Shown here: piece after piece, positions 1 through 10,900 of the stretch
Numbering within the stretch: position 1 is the stretch's first letter
Layout: every line of letters starts with the position of its first letter
Source: Histomonas meleagridis 2922-C6/04-290x
Lineage: Eukaryota; Protista; Parabasalia
Assembly (NCBI GenBank): GCA_020184695.1
Contig: JAANOX010000117.1
Location: 62,001 to 126,000, forward strand
Length of the DNA: 64,000 nucleotides
Reading direction: 5' to 3'
Program-made: the position numbers and the translations under genes
Notes under the pieces: model-generated
Database searches by the model: none
Seen by the model: only the letters and a program-made list of their open reading frames with translations
Told to the model about the DNA's origin: nothing

Positions 1-275
1 TTTAGTGAATGTATTTGATTGAGAAAATGTATTTGATTCAGAAAATGTATTCGATTGAGAAAATGTATTTGATTCAGAAAATGTATTCGATTCAGAAAAT
101 GTATTCGATTCAGAAAATGTATTACTTTGTGAAAATGTATTCGATTGAGAAAATGTATTTGATTGAGAAAATGTATTCGATTGAGAAAATGTATTCGATG
201 AAGAAAATGTATTTGATTCAGAAAATGTATTTGATTTAGTGAATGTATTTGATTGAGAAAATGTATTTGTTGGTG
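1..275. repeat. 18-bp tandem repeat encoding the S/T-rich (xSNTFS/T) stalk
   Basis: Repeated GAAAATGTATTYGATT units with 18-nt period. Confidence 0.9.
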
Positions 276-1593
276 GGATGCATTCTTCAATAAATGTTCC
301 TTTGAATACTTCGATATTACCAAATTTTACACCATTATATGATGCAGGTACCAGAACATATGGAATTTTAATAGTAGAAAATGCATTTTTAATTGTTGGC
401 GATTCATTACCATTAAAATAAACACATTTAAGTGAATCACAATTAGTAAATGCATACTCTTCAATTGTTTTAACATTTTCTCTAATAATAATTGTTTCTA
501 AATTAGAACATGAATGAAATGCATACTCTTTAATTGTTTTAACATTTTCTCCCAAAACAATTGTTTCTAAATTAGAACATGATTCAAATGCATGTTCTCC
601 AATCGTTATAACTGAATTTGATGTTGTAAATGAATTTGTTAAATTTCCTGGTGGATAACAAATTAATTTTTCAATTTTTTTATCATATAAAATTCCATCA
701 TTTTCATAATTAGAAAAATATAAATTTTCTTTGGAAACATAAATAAATTGAAGTTTTGAACAATATAAAAATGGATTTGTTGATATTGATGTTACTGATT
801 TTGGAATTGCAATATTTTTTATATTAGTACAACTTTGAAATGCATAGTTTCCAATTGTTGTTAAAACTTCTCCTAATTCAACAATTTCCAATTTTGTACA
901 ACTTACAAATGCATTTTGCCCAATTGTATAAACAGACTTACCAATTTGAACTGAAGATAATGAATTCCATTGTCCAAAAGCACTACTTGGTATTGTATTA
1001 ATTCCTTCAATGATTAAATGTTGTGCTGACTTTTGATGATTTTTATAATCATTTGAAAAATCCTTTTCATTATTTAATATTAGTGTTCGATTTTCATTAA
1101 AATAAACAAATTGAAATGAATTTTTGGTAAATAAAAAAAATATCAAAGATATAATTTGAATATATTTTGTTTTGTTGATATTACATTTTTTGAAAGTATA
1201 AATAAAAAGGTAAATAAACATAAGCAAAAAGAAAATAATAAAAAATTTCAAAACATTTAGAAAATAGAAAAAAATATTTTTTCTATGTTGTAAAAAAATA
1301 TCAAAGAATTTTGAAAAATGTGAATAATATAGAGAATATTTGATCATGCATTCATCAGTAATAAAATTCAATTGCTTAAGAAAGCATGTATTTCCTAATA
1401 CTAATATAATTAACATGACTTTATAAACGCTCGTATGCCTGCTTGCTACGTAGCAAAATCTCATGTGCTTATTACAACTTTTTTTGACATTATAATGGTA
1501 TTGATGATTTGGATATTTTTTATTATTAAATGTGAACTTGCTAAATTTAATTTGAGGTATGAGTACATTCATAATCGGCATTACTACTGACAT
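1..1593 (-). CDS. BspA-like leucine-rich-repeat surface protein (subfamily D), 3' end runs off the window; absent from the ORF track
   Basis: Hand translation gives one open frame from ATG 1593 to base 1: long F/I/L-rich leader, ..IISLIFFLFTKNS|FQF.., TpLRR repeats (VLTTIGNYAFQSCTNIKNIAIPKSVTSI; VKTIKEYAFHSCSNLETIII), cap (KCVYFNG..P), then xSNTF stalk repeats. Confidence 0.85.
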   Translation of the reverse strand, partial: MSVVMPIMNVLIPQIKFSKFTFNNKKYPNHQYHYNVKKSCNKHMRFCYVASRHTSVYKVMLIILVLGNTCFLKQLNFITDECMIKYSLYYSHFSKFFDIFLQHRKNIFFYFLNVLKFFIIFFLLMFIYLFIYTFKKCNINKTKYIQIISLIFFLFTKNSFQFVYFNENRTLILNNEKDFSNDYKNHQKSAQHLIIEGINTIPSSAFGQWNSLSSVQIGKSVYTIGQNAFVSCTKLEIVELGEVLTTIGNYAFQSCTNIKNIAIPKSVTSISTNPFLYCSKLQFIYVSKENLYFSNYENDGILYDKKIEKLICYPPGNLTNSFTTSNSVITIGEHAFESCSNLETIVLGENVKTIKEYAFHSCSNLETIIIRENVKTIEEYAFTNCDSLKCVYFNGNESPTIKNAFSTIKIPYVLVPASYNGVKFGNIEVFKGTFIEECIPPTNTFSQSNTFTKSNTFSESNTFSSSNTFSQSNTFSQSNTFSQSNTFSQSNTFSESNTFSESNTFSESNTFSQSNTFSESNTFSQSNTFTK

Positions 1594-2088
1594 TGTGATT
1601 TGAATATAATTCTATATTTGCTCTGCCAGTCTTCCAAAGGCATAACGTTCATTATAAACGGTCGTATGGAAAAACAATTTTATCCCAAACAAAAAACATG
1701 TTGCTTTCATTAATGTAATACCTTTTAGTTTTAAGATAAAATGTTATGTTGACATCATTTAGTTCGTGTGCTTAAATATTTTAAATAAATGAAAAACTTA
1801 TATAAAAGTTTGTTATTTCAGGAATTTCACAATCTTTATTATAAATTATAAAGAAGTATGAATAAAATTGGAAATATGCGGAATTAATAATGACTGTGTA
1901 TTCATAGGAAATAATTTCTGTATAAATCTATGTTGATTCAATCGAATAAAGAATAAATGCATTTATCATTTAAAATGTATAAATGGAAAATGTTTGTGTG
2001 AATGAAAACAAATAAATTATAGTAATTGATGTTATGCGATGAAATGATTTATTAAATGTGATACTTAGTGTAAATGTATTAGTTCTTA

Positions 2089-2790
2089 CTAATGTGAATG
2101 TGAGTGTTGACATTGTGATACAATCTTGTGTTGTGGTTCCTTTAAGTACTTAAACTCAAATGGATCATTACCTGTATATATTGGTAATGTTACAACACAA
2201 TTAGTTGATTCACATGAAAACACATTATTTGCTATAGCTATTGGCTCAGTTTTACCATAATAGTTAATACATTTAAGATTAATTAATGATGAAAATGCAA
2301 TTGATCCAATGTGATTCACTTTTTCTCCAAAAATTCATAATTCTAACTTACACATGATGAAAATGCATATGAATAAATTGTTGAAACTAAATATGGAATT
2401 GTAATATTTTTTATTACATTACATGATGCAAATGCTGAAGATCCAATACTTTGCAAATTTTCATTGAAATTGGGTGCTATTATTGATTCACATGAGAAAA
2501 ATATTGATCCTTCAGTTATTGCAAAATTGTTACCTAATGTAATTGGGGGATCCATAGCGAATTACTGATACAGAATCAACATTATACTCAGTGCGTCGAT
2601 GAAAATGATTGTTCTGGTATCTCATACATGTTTAATCCAACAATAACATAAATGGTATGCTCTGGACATTAATGAGACTTAAACCCGTTGGTGCATACAC
2701 GCAAAGCTATTGCGAATGCATTACTTTCATCATGCCAATTGGCATTATTCTTGCATTAAAAAATGCTGAATAAGGAAAACCTCGCAGTAG
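2089..2790 (-). pseudogene. Decayed BspA-like LRR gene
   Basis: LRR fragments (LQSIGSSAFASCNVIKNITIP; HIGSIAFSSLINLKCINYYG; EIPEQSFSS) in different frames separated by stops. Boundaries are approximate. Confidence 0.7.
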
Positions 2791-2840
2791 TTGAAAACAT
2801 ATTTTTAGTGTCTCAAAATAACATTTGGAAATTATTTGAT

Positions 2841-3050
2841 ACAGTACTTATTTTAGCATATAAAAATGGTCACACAGAAATAATTTAATTAATTCTTGAA
2901 CAAGAAGGAATTAATATTAATGCTGAAGATAATATTTATTTGGCTTTTTGAAATTTATTTCATGGAAATTCTTCAAATTATTTAAAACAACAATTATATA
3001 CGCATTTGGAAATGATTGTGTGGAAATAATTGATTTAATGAAATTTCATT
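2841..3050 (+). pseudogene. Ankyrin-repeat relic (two partial repeats with an intervening spacer)
   Basis: TVLILAYKNGHTEII*LILEQEGININAED, then a spacer, then TTIIYAFGNDCVEIIDL. Confidence 0.65.
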
Positions 3051-3226
3051 ATAAGCACAGCTTTAGCAGCCTGCAGGTAATTGAAAATTGTGCGCATTAT
3101 AAAAAAGTGCATGTACACCATTCGAACCAAATGTGACAGCGGTTATCGATAGGATGCTCTTAAAAAGTTTACCAAAAGTGACAGTAATACACTTTCTAGT
3201 TATTTAACGTTTAGAAAAAAATTTTT

Positions 3227-3802
3227 TTAACAACAATCTTTCCCGTTTCTTTTTCCGTCTCCTCTGATATCAAGCTCACTTGTGACTTTGCTTCTGTTAG
3301 TTGGAATTTTGTGAGCAATTGTATCAAAAAGAACATCTATGTTTTGTCCGGTTTTTGCTGATGTTCTTATGAAAAGGATGTTGTTTTGCTTTGCATATTC
3401 ACTGGCTTCTGTAAGTTCATTTTCTGGGTCGAGATCGCACTTATTTGCAACAAGATACCAAATAACATCATTATCATGATTTCCTCTTTCATCTCTTATC
3501 CATTCTTTGGCTACTTCGAATGTGTCTGGCTCAGTAATATCAAAAACAACAACAATGGCTGCTGCCCCTTGTAAATATTTCGGAACCAAACTTCTGTAAA
3601 GTTCTTGTCCAGCAGTATCCCAAATATTTAATGTAATAGATCTGTTGTCATCCAAAACAAAGTCTTTAGAAATAAATGCAGCACCAATTGTTGGAACATT
3701 ATCTTCATCAAAAGTGTCTTTAGAACATCTAAATACTATGCTTGTTTTCCCTGTATGACTAGCTCCAATAAATGCGACTTTGTACTTGATTTTTTCTTCC
3801 AT
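3227..3802 (-). CDS. Rab-family small GTPase (Rab5-like effector loop)
   Basis: GASHTGKTS P-loop, PTIGAAF, WDTAGQE, NKCD, TSAK and C-terminal CC prenylation motif. Confidence 0.95.
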   Translation of the reverse strand: MEEKIKYKVAFIGASHTGKTSIVFRCSKDTFDEDNVPTIGAAFISKDFVLDDNRSITLNIWDTAGQELYRSLVPKYLQGAAAIVVVFDITEPDTFEVAKEWIRDERGNHDNDVIWYLVANKCDLDPENELTEASEYAKQNNILFIRTSAKTGQNIDVLFDTIAHKIPTNRSKVTSELDIRGDGKRNGKDCC

Positions 3803-4493
3803 GACTTTTTTGGAGATATTATGGGATGCCCCGAAGTTTCAATATAATATTCAAATGAATTGTCATTTAAATTGACTTTTTAAAGTAACCGATAGATTGA
3901 TTTTTGTCAAATGCTGACAATTTTTACCGCCACAATGTTAGATGGCACTTTATACGATCAAATTATATTCAATCCTATCTTATGATCCTCAAGAAGGCAG
4001 AACATCGCAAATTTAATTAACAGTTGCAGAAATCTACGATATACATAAAAAATTGCTATTTTGACGAATTGATCTTAAATCGTTTCATAAATAGATAATT
4101 TTTTATATATTTAAAATGATGAATATTTTAAATAAAAATCAATCACTTTCATTCAAGTTCAAAATTTCATGTATAATTGTTTCTTGGTCTCTGCATCTAA
4201 ATATATAGATGTGTGATTCAAATAATCTCACACTTTAGGAATATGAAATTAAAAATAACAAGTGATGGACATTTAAGTACATTTTGTTTTTTAGATATAA
4301 AATGATTTATTTAATAAAAATTCAAGTAAACAATAAAAAATGAACAACACCAAAACAAAGTGTTACTTAAAATAATGCACAAAATAATTGTTGAAATGGG
4401 TTGATTTCAATAAAAATACAAAACCCCAAACAATCAAAATTGTTGAAGCAAACTGCAACACATACTAAAAAACAAAAACTTTCCCTCAGATTT

Positions 4494-5291
4494 TTATTGG
4501 TTTTGCATTGACGCTCCAGTAGTGAGTTCAATTTCCCAATTGATCTTAGTAGCTGTAACTGGCAATTTCCTCCTGAGGCGGTTCAGCCCTTCATCACCAA
4601 TCTTGCTCAGACCGATTATGTATTCGTCGTAGAAGTTATTTTCGAATTCGATGATTGCTTCCATGAATGAGTTCGAGATTTCTTCTGGCGATTTACCAGA
4701 CAACTTCTTATCAAGGTTGACTCCGTATTGGCAGACGGCGTTTCCATTTTCGAAGAAGTGTTGGAGTGTTTGAATTCTTCCCTTGACTTCCAATTTGGAT
4801 GGATCAACTAAATATTTAGCAATTACATTGCCTGTTCGGTAATTTTCGAGCGAGATTGATGAACTCCTTAATATGACTTGAACCTTTTGATCTTTGGTAT
4901 CAAACGCTCCACATGCAAAATAATGTCCATAAGAATTTAAACCATAAACACTGATTTTTTCTTGTATGAGATTGCGGAGTGGAGATCCTTGAACAGTTTT
5001 TCCTGTGTTGGTTGCAGCTTTTTTATCTAAATTATATGTAAATGTCTGTAAGGTGACAGGATCAATGAAACTTCCATCAGGTAATCTTGCTTCAGCACAT
5101 AACATTGCGCTGTGTGTATTGAATGGAACATAAGTATACTGTGAAAGATTCCATTGCAATTCGGTGGCTTCTGTAGCTTCTTTTAATGAATTTTGTTTCG
5201 GCAGAAGTCCTTTAAGGGCAGCTTCACATTGTTTGTATTCTCCTGGTGGTGCTTCAGAAAGAATTTCGCTTATTATCTGTGTTTGCTTCAT
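4494..5291 (-). CDS. CAPZA: F-actin capping protein alpha subunit
   Basis: N-terminal EAPPGEY, HFFENGN and C-terminal LRRKLPVTATKINW match CapZ-alpha motifs. Confidence 0.88.
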   Translation of the reverse strand: MKQTQIISEILSEAPPGEYKQCEAALKGLLPKQNSLKEATEATELQWNLSQYTYVPFNTHSAMLCAEARLPDGSFIDPVTLQTFTYNLDKKAATNTGKTVQGSPLRNLIQEKISVYGLNSYGHYFACGAFDTKDQKVQVILRSSSISLENYRTGNVIAKYLVDPSKLEVKGRIQTLQHFFENGNAVCQYGVNLDKKLSGKSPEEISNSFMEAIIEFENNFYDEYIIGLSKIGDEGLNRLRRKLPVTATKINWEIELTTGASMQNQ

Positions 5292-5405
5292 CTCTGAATA
5301 AAGGGAATCGGTTTTGTAAAATTCAATTTCACTTGTTTACATAAAAGCTTAATAAAAATCCACCAACAAGACGAAATATTAAAAAATAAAAAAAAAACAA
5401 AAAAT

Positions 5406-5478
5406 CACCTTCGACGGGACTCGAACCCGCAACCCCAGGATTAAAAGTCCTATGCTCTAACCGTTGAGCTACGGAGGT
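5406..5478 (-). tRNA. trnK: tRNA-Lys (anticodon TTT)
   Basis: Cloverleaf ACCTCCG..GCTC/GAGC D-arm, TAGGA-CTTTTAA-TCCTG anticodon arm, GCGGG-TTCGAGT-CCCGT T-arm. One C-A mismatch in the acceptor stem. Oligo-T Pol III terminator follows. Confidence 0.93.
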
Positions 5479-5741
5479 TTACATACTTTGTCGAATAGAT
5501 AATGTTAACATACTAAATAAAAACGTGTATCTTTTAATTTGTGGACATAACGAATTTTACATGTTATTGTGTTATTTGTTCTTTACATTTAACTGGTGTC
5601 AAGTACTAACATTTATTATTTTGAGTTTTACCAATTATTATTCTTATTTGAAACGATTATAGTATTTTCACTTGCGAAAAACCTTATTTAAAATCTATAA
5701 CATCTTTATTTAAATATAAAAATTTGTCTTTGTAGCTGATT

Positions 5742-6239
5742 TCACCAGTATTGTTGAAAAGCATTTCGGAAATCTAATCCTGAAATCTTGTGATCGGGTT
5801 TAAAATAGTTTCCTAAATCAAAGATTAAACGAGACATCTTTGCGTGTGGACAATTATTTGCTAAATGTCCTGTTTCACCACAATTTAAACAAAAAGTTGA
5901 GTTTTTGAAGTTAAACTCAGTCGGAACAGGTTCGTCGAAACTATCTTCTTTGTATGGGCCATATTCGTCATATTTATATTCCTTAGAGTTCAATGAAAAA
6001 AGAATTGAAGATAAATCACGATTCATAATTTCCATAATTTCTTCAGCTGAAGGCGGAATGTTTGAACACCTATCTTCAGAGTGGCCTATTTTACCACATT
6101 TAGTGCAAAATATAGGATTATGTAATGGTTTAGTCATTGTTGGTAACGCAAAATTAGTTTTAATTGGTTTGAAATGAAAATATGCTTGGTTATGAAAATT
6201 AGCTTCTTCATCCAAAGAAATTCCAGTGATCTGAAGCAT
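5742..6239 (-). CDS. Zinc-knuckle (CCHC x2) protein
   Basis: CTKCGKIGHSEDRC and CLNCGETGHLANNC. Confidence 0.85.
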   Translation of the reverse strand: MLQITGISLDEEANFHNQAYFHFKPIKTNFALPTMTKPLHNPIFCTKCGKIGHSEDRCSNIPPSAEEIMEIMNRDLSSILFSLNSKEYKYDEYGPYKEDSFDEPVPTEFNFKNSTFCLNCGETGHLANNCPHAKMSRLIFDLGNYFKPDHKISGLDFRNAFQQYW

Positions 6240-6541
6240 TTTTTGATTTTTTTTTAAACGGCCGCTTCAAATCTTCAAATTCATTAATTCTCTCTAATGT
6301 AAAGAGAATTTTCTTTCTACTTGCAATTATGAAATTTAAATTAAATTCCATGATGAAGTTATTGTAATTTATTATTTTCAATTTTTCACAATTATTTTTT
6401 TTTATTTTAGTTCGAACTTTTTTTTAATAACGTTTACGTACCAACTAATATAAAAATACATTTTTATGTTAATTTTTTACAAAGTGAAAAAAATCAATCG
6501 ATTTCGCTTTAAAGTGAAATTAATGATGTTATTTAAATGGT

Positions 6542-6751
6542 CTACCAAGGAGTCCGCACGTGGTCAGCATGATTATTTCCATTTGGTGAATAAGCCTTTA
6601 CATCTTTCTCCCTTTGGAAATAACCTATTCCTTTATCATATTCAAGATGTTGGTTTTTCCAAAAACCCATTGATGGTTTTCCATCATATCCTCCTGAGAT
6701 GTCGAATCTAACTCTGAGTCGAGGTTCAAATTGCATTTCGAGCTCTTCCAT
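6542..6751 (-). CDS. Small hypothetical ORF or gene fragment (69 aa)
   Basis: ATG start and coding-like GC content. No family recognised. Confidence 0.3.
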   Translation of the reverse strand: MEELEMQFEPRLRVRFDISGGYDGKPSMGFWKNQHLEYDKGIGYFQREKDVKAYSPNGNNHADHVRTPW

Positions 6752-7001
6752 TTTTATGAAGTCATTTGTCTAACTTTGTTTGAAATTGAACTGCAGAAGA
6801 TTTTCAAGATTTTGACATTCTGGATTTTGTCATAAAAAAACGCCAACATATTGAAAAGTTGTAACCTGATACGAGAAATTATTATCAAAAACATGCTTGA
6901 AGTATTGAAAAGTATTCAATATTTGACACAAAATACTTTTTCAAAATATCGGATGAAATCGTCTTTTGAATTTTTTCTGGCAAAAACGAAGCTTGAATAC
7001 A

Positions 7002-7364
7002 TCAAATCCATTGATCCTCATCTTCTTTTGCCAAACTTTCAAGCCCATTATTTACTTCTTCAACCAAAGGCGTTGAAGAATTTGTTGTATCTTTGAATTC
7101 GAATTTTTTCGAAGAAATATCTTTCTTCTTGTTATTTTTAACAAGGAAAAGAGCAATACCAACCACAAGGAACACGAATGCGACAGCGCCGCATATTATA
7201 CCCATGAGAGCAGCAGTTGAAATTGGACTTTTGTTCACATTAGAGGATGAATACCCTATAGTGAAGAAACTCATGGAATAACTATAGTATGTCGTATAGT
7301 ATATAACTGTGTATTCGTAATAAATGTATTCAGTTATAACATATGATTGCGTTGTGCCATACAA
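7002..7364 (-). pseudogene. Orphan C-terminal anchor module of a BspA-type surface protein (Y/T-rich juxtamembrane, TM helix, acidic tail ending EDQWI)
   Basis: MGIICGAVAFVFLVVGIALFLV TM segment and a tail like the X-type BspA tails. In-frame TAA lies a few codons upstream of the TTG, with no LRR region attached. Confidence 0.7.
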
Positions 7365-7963
7365 TGAAATGCATTAAATGTTTGATAATATTTTTAATGG
7401 CATTCCAGTGAAATGGCATTATTTTTATGTGTGTTAATGTTTATTATTACTTTATTGCGTTTTAGAAGAAAGTTATTCTGTATTTTGAAAATAATTGGTT
7501 TATTATTAATAATTGAAGCAGATAACACAGGAATTCTGGAAGAGAAGAGAATGTTGAAGGATGAATACATGGTAATGCTGAAAAAACAAGCGAAGTGCTT
7601 CGATGTTAAAATTTTTTTACAATACAACACAGAAAACGGCAGAAAATGGTTTTGAATACTTTACATGCAGTATTTCAATGTATGCGTTAATTATATCACA
7701 GATGTAGGCAAATAATTACCCATGATTAATTTTTTTACCAAATTTATATAATATATATATATATCAAAAAGCATCGTCATTTTGGATTTAGTCTGAAAGT
7801 TTTTGAGAAAAAGTATTATTAATAAAAATCGAAAACATACATTTCAATAGTCTAAATTCCATTTTTTATGCATTTCACATTTTCTCAATAATGATTATAA
7901 TATTTCACCACTAACATAGCCAACAATTTTGTTTATAAAAAAGATTACAAACAATAGATAGTT

Positions 7964-10900
7964 TTATTCGATAGTAAACGTCGGCAATTCCTTTGCCTCT
8001 TTTTCCAATCTTAAATCCTCTTCAATTTTTTCGTCACCTACTTTATCCAACAATATCACTCCTGTTTTCTTTAATATCGAAAAGAAGGCAGTTGCAGGCA
8101 CTGTCACCAAACCCAAAATACCTTTTCCTGCTCCTTTAAATATACCCGGTACTCCTTGTTGATGGAATTCTCTTACTGGCAAAGTCACCATACCGGAGAT
8201 AGCGTGCGCCAATTCGTCGATCACTCTTTGGTTTGGTTCTTCATCGAAGAACTTAAACTTCGACAAACTTTTCTCGAGTGTATTTGTGAATCCGACGAAA
8301 CCTTCGAGTGCACCAGTTGTTACACCCTTTAATAAGTTCATTGAACCTTTTCCTATACCAAACAATAAAGAATCGCTCATTAAGAACGCTTGATTATAGA
8401 ACTCTTTTACGCCTGCAATTGATTTATTTACGATGTTTGCAGGGTTACCGATTAAAGATAATGAAGCAATTACTGAAGGGATTGCAGCTAATACGTCTGA
8501 TACATAATGGAATATTAATTGTTGGAAAAGTTTCGTTTGAAATAATTCGATATCATTAATTAAATATTGGCTTAAAAATATTGGAATCTTTTGGAAATCG
8601 GCATTAATTATTGATTGTGTAGCTAAAGATAAAATAATTTTTGTTTCATTAAATAAAAGATTTTTAATATATAAAGGTATTAATTTGTTTTGGATTTTAT
8701 CATCATTAATATCATTCTCAATTTCGATTTTATTTGTTGTTGGTGTTAATAATGTAATTAATTGTAATACAAAACGAACAAGATTTTCTTCAATAGATAT
8801 ATGTAATGGTTGTAAATTAAAGTTCATATTATCAATGATAAAACCTTCGTTAAATTGATTCATGAATTTAGCTGTAAGTTGAACTAATGGTAAATCTGTT
8901 GATTTACGTATAATCACTGGGAATTTTTGATAATTTTGGATGTTATCTATTTGTAATGTATCCAATGAAAAGTTTATTTCTATTTGTGTGTTTGGTATTA
9001 TGATAATATTAGAAGCTAATGGTGATATAGTAATAGTATATGAATGTATTGGTATTCCAGGATTAATGAAATCATTAAAGAAATATATCTTAAATGTGGA
9101 GATAAAAAATGATAATTTAATTTGTGGATATTTCGGTATTGGTGATAAATATGTTTGTGAAAATGTTACTATTACTTGATTAGCTCTTTTTTCGACTCGT
9201 ACATATAACTCAGTATTATTTTGTCGTATGATTGATTCGATTGGATATAATAATGATATAGTAAATGGATCATTACCAATATTTCCGATTTTTAATATCT
9301 CCGGAATTTTTGGTAGAAAAATTTTATTCTTTGGTGTAATTGATATAGTTTTCTTATTAAAATATATTTGATAATTAATTAATGACTCATTTATGATAAT
9401 TAATGGTGGTGAAGGATCATGATGAAATATAATTAAATATGGTTTAATAGTACTTTGTAATGAATATGTTAAATAATATAATGATTGACCTATTTCATTC
9501 ATTACGAATTTACGCTTTAATAATTCGGTTGTTGATAATGTTATAGGTTTTGTAAATCCAACATTTCGTGAAAACCCAAATGAAGCTGAAGGATATTTAG
9601 TTCTCCAAGTTAATAATTGGATTCTTGATCCAGGATCAACTTTAGATGAAGGCTTTACATAAATTGTTTCTTTAGATTCATTTAAAATTATTGTCGTTGA
9701 TTTAATTGTAGCTCTAGTTTCAGTAAATGAAGCAAACAAAAATAAACTTCCAAATGATGTTTTGATTGTAAATTCTTTTTTAGATGGAATTGGTATCGGT
9801 GCAGAATAACAAATGTTTTCATTGTCATCATAACCTATAGATATCCATTGAACTTCACCATTAAACATTAATGGAACTTTTTGTTCTGATTCGACTATAG
9901 TTTCTGTTAAGTTATATACTTTAAAGTATAAACGAACATTTGTTTTATTTTTAAAGATATATAATGGAGATATTATTAAAACGTTTTTATTTGGTAATGA
10001 ATTTATTAATATTGGAATACCTTCCATTATTAAATTTATAGGTTTTTTAAATGGGAAATTTAAATCAATAATATGTTCATTATTTAATATAATTTGATTA
10101 TTTTGAATAGATGATATGTTTAAAAATACTTTTGGTGGAATACTACCGATAGATGTGATTAATCGAATATCTAAATTATTTTGGATTCCTAAAATTGGCA
10201 CAAAATTATATTTAATGATTTGATGATATGTTTCATTATTACAATAAAAAGTTTTCTTTTTATATTTCATTAAACATGAAAATGTCGGCATACATAAATA
10301 ATTGGATGGTAACATATTCATTACATCTGTTGAAAAGATATAATCATTTTCTTCATTAATATTTGCTTCACTTGACCAATCAGTGATTTTTGGTAATCGA
10401 ATTTTAATATTTAAAAATGATTGTTTAATAATACAAAGTTTTTCATTATTTTGAAGTACTTTATCAAACAAATTATCATTTATATTTATTTCTAAGTTTG
10501 TTTGAAGTTTATTAACAAATTGATATGATGATAATATATTTAATTCATAACTATATGATGAATTTAATTCAACAGTTACATAGAAATCATCATTTAAATG
10601 ATATATACCGGTAGTATTAAATATGATTTTAGTGAAGAAACTTGGAAAATATATATAATGCATTTGATTAGGCTTAAAAATTATTGTGTTTTCTTTATAT
10701 GATTCAATTGTAACTAATTCATTTATATCAGATATTTGATAATAAAATGACATGTTACAATTGTTCTTAATTCGATATGGTATAATCTCTGAAACAGAGA
10801 AATTATTTAAGAAATTAATAAAATCAAATATTAATGATGGTACAAAATTAACATTAATCGTCGGTATCCTTAAAGATAATGATGAATTAAAACATGAATA

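Noticed and set aside
9-239. Repetitive shadow ORFs (also 32878-33366, 29837, 41686, 45129, 57353, 13130)
   Set aside because: These are antisense or alternate-frame translations of the 18-bp stalk repeat and BspA caps, not independent genes.
5406-5478. C-A mismatch in the tRNA-Lys acceptor stem as evidence of editing
   Set aside because: A single mid-stem mismatch is tolerated in many tRNAs and lies outside the positions usually repaired by 5' editing.
7394-7655. Overlapping opposite-strand ORFs 7394-7630 and 7413-7655
   Set aside because: Low-complexity AT-rich translations with no motif. They may be residual BspA leader sequence, but this cannot be supported.
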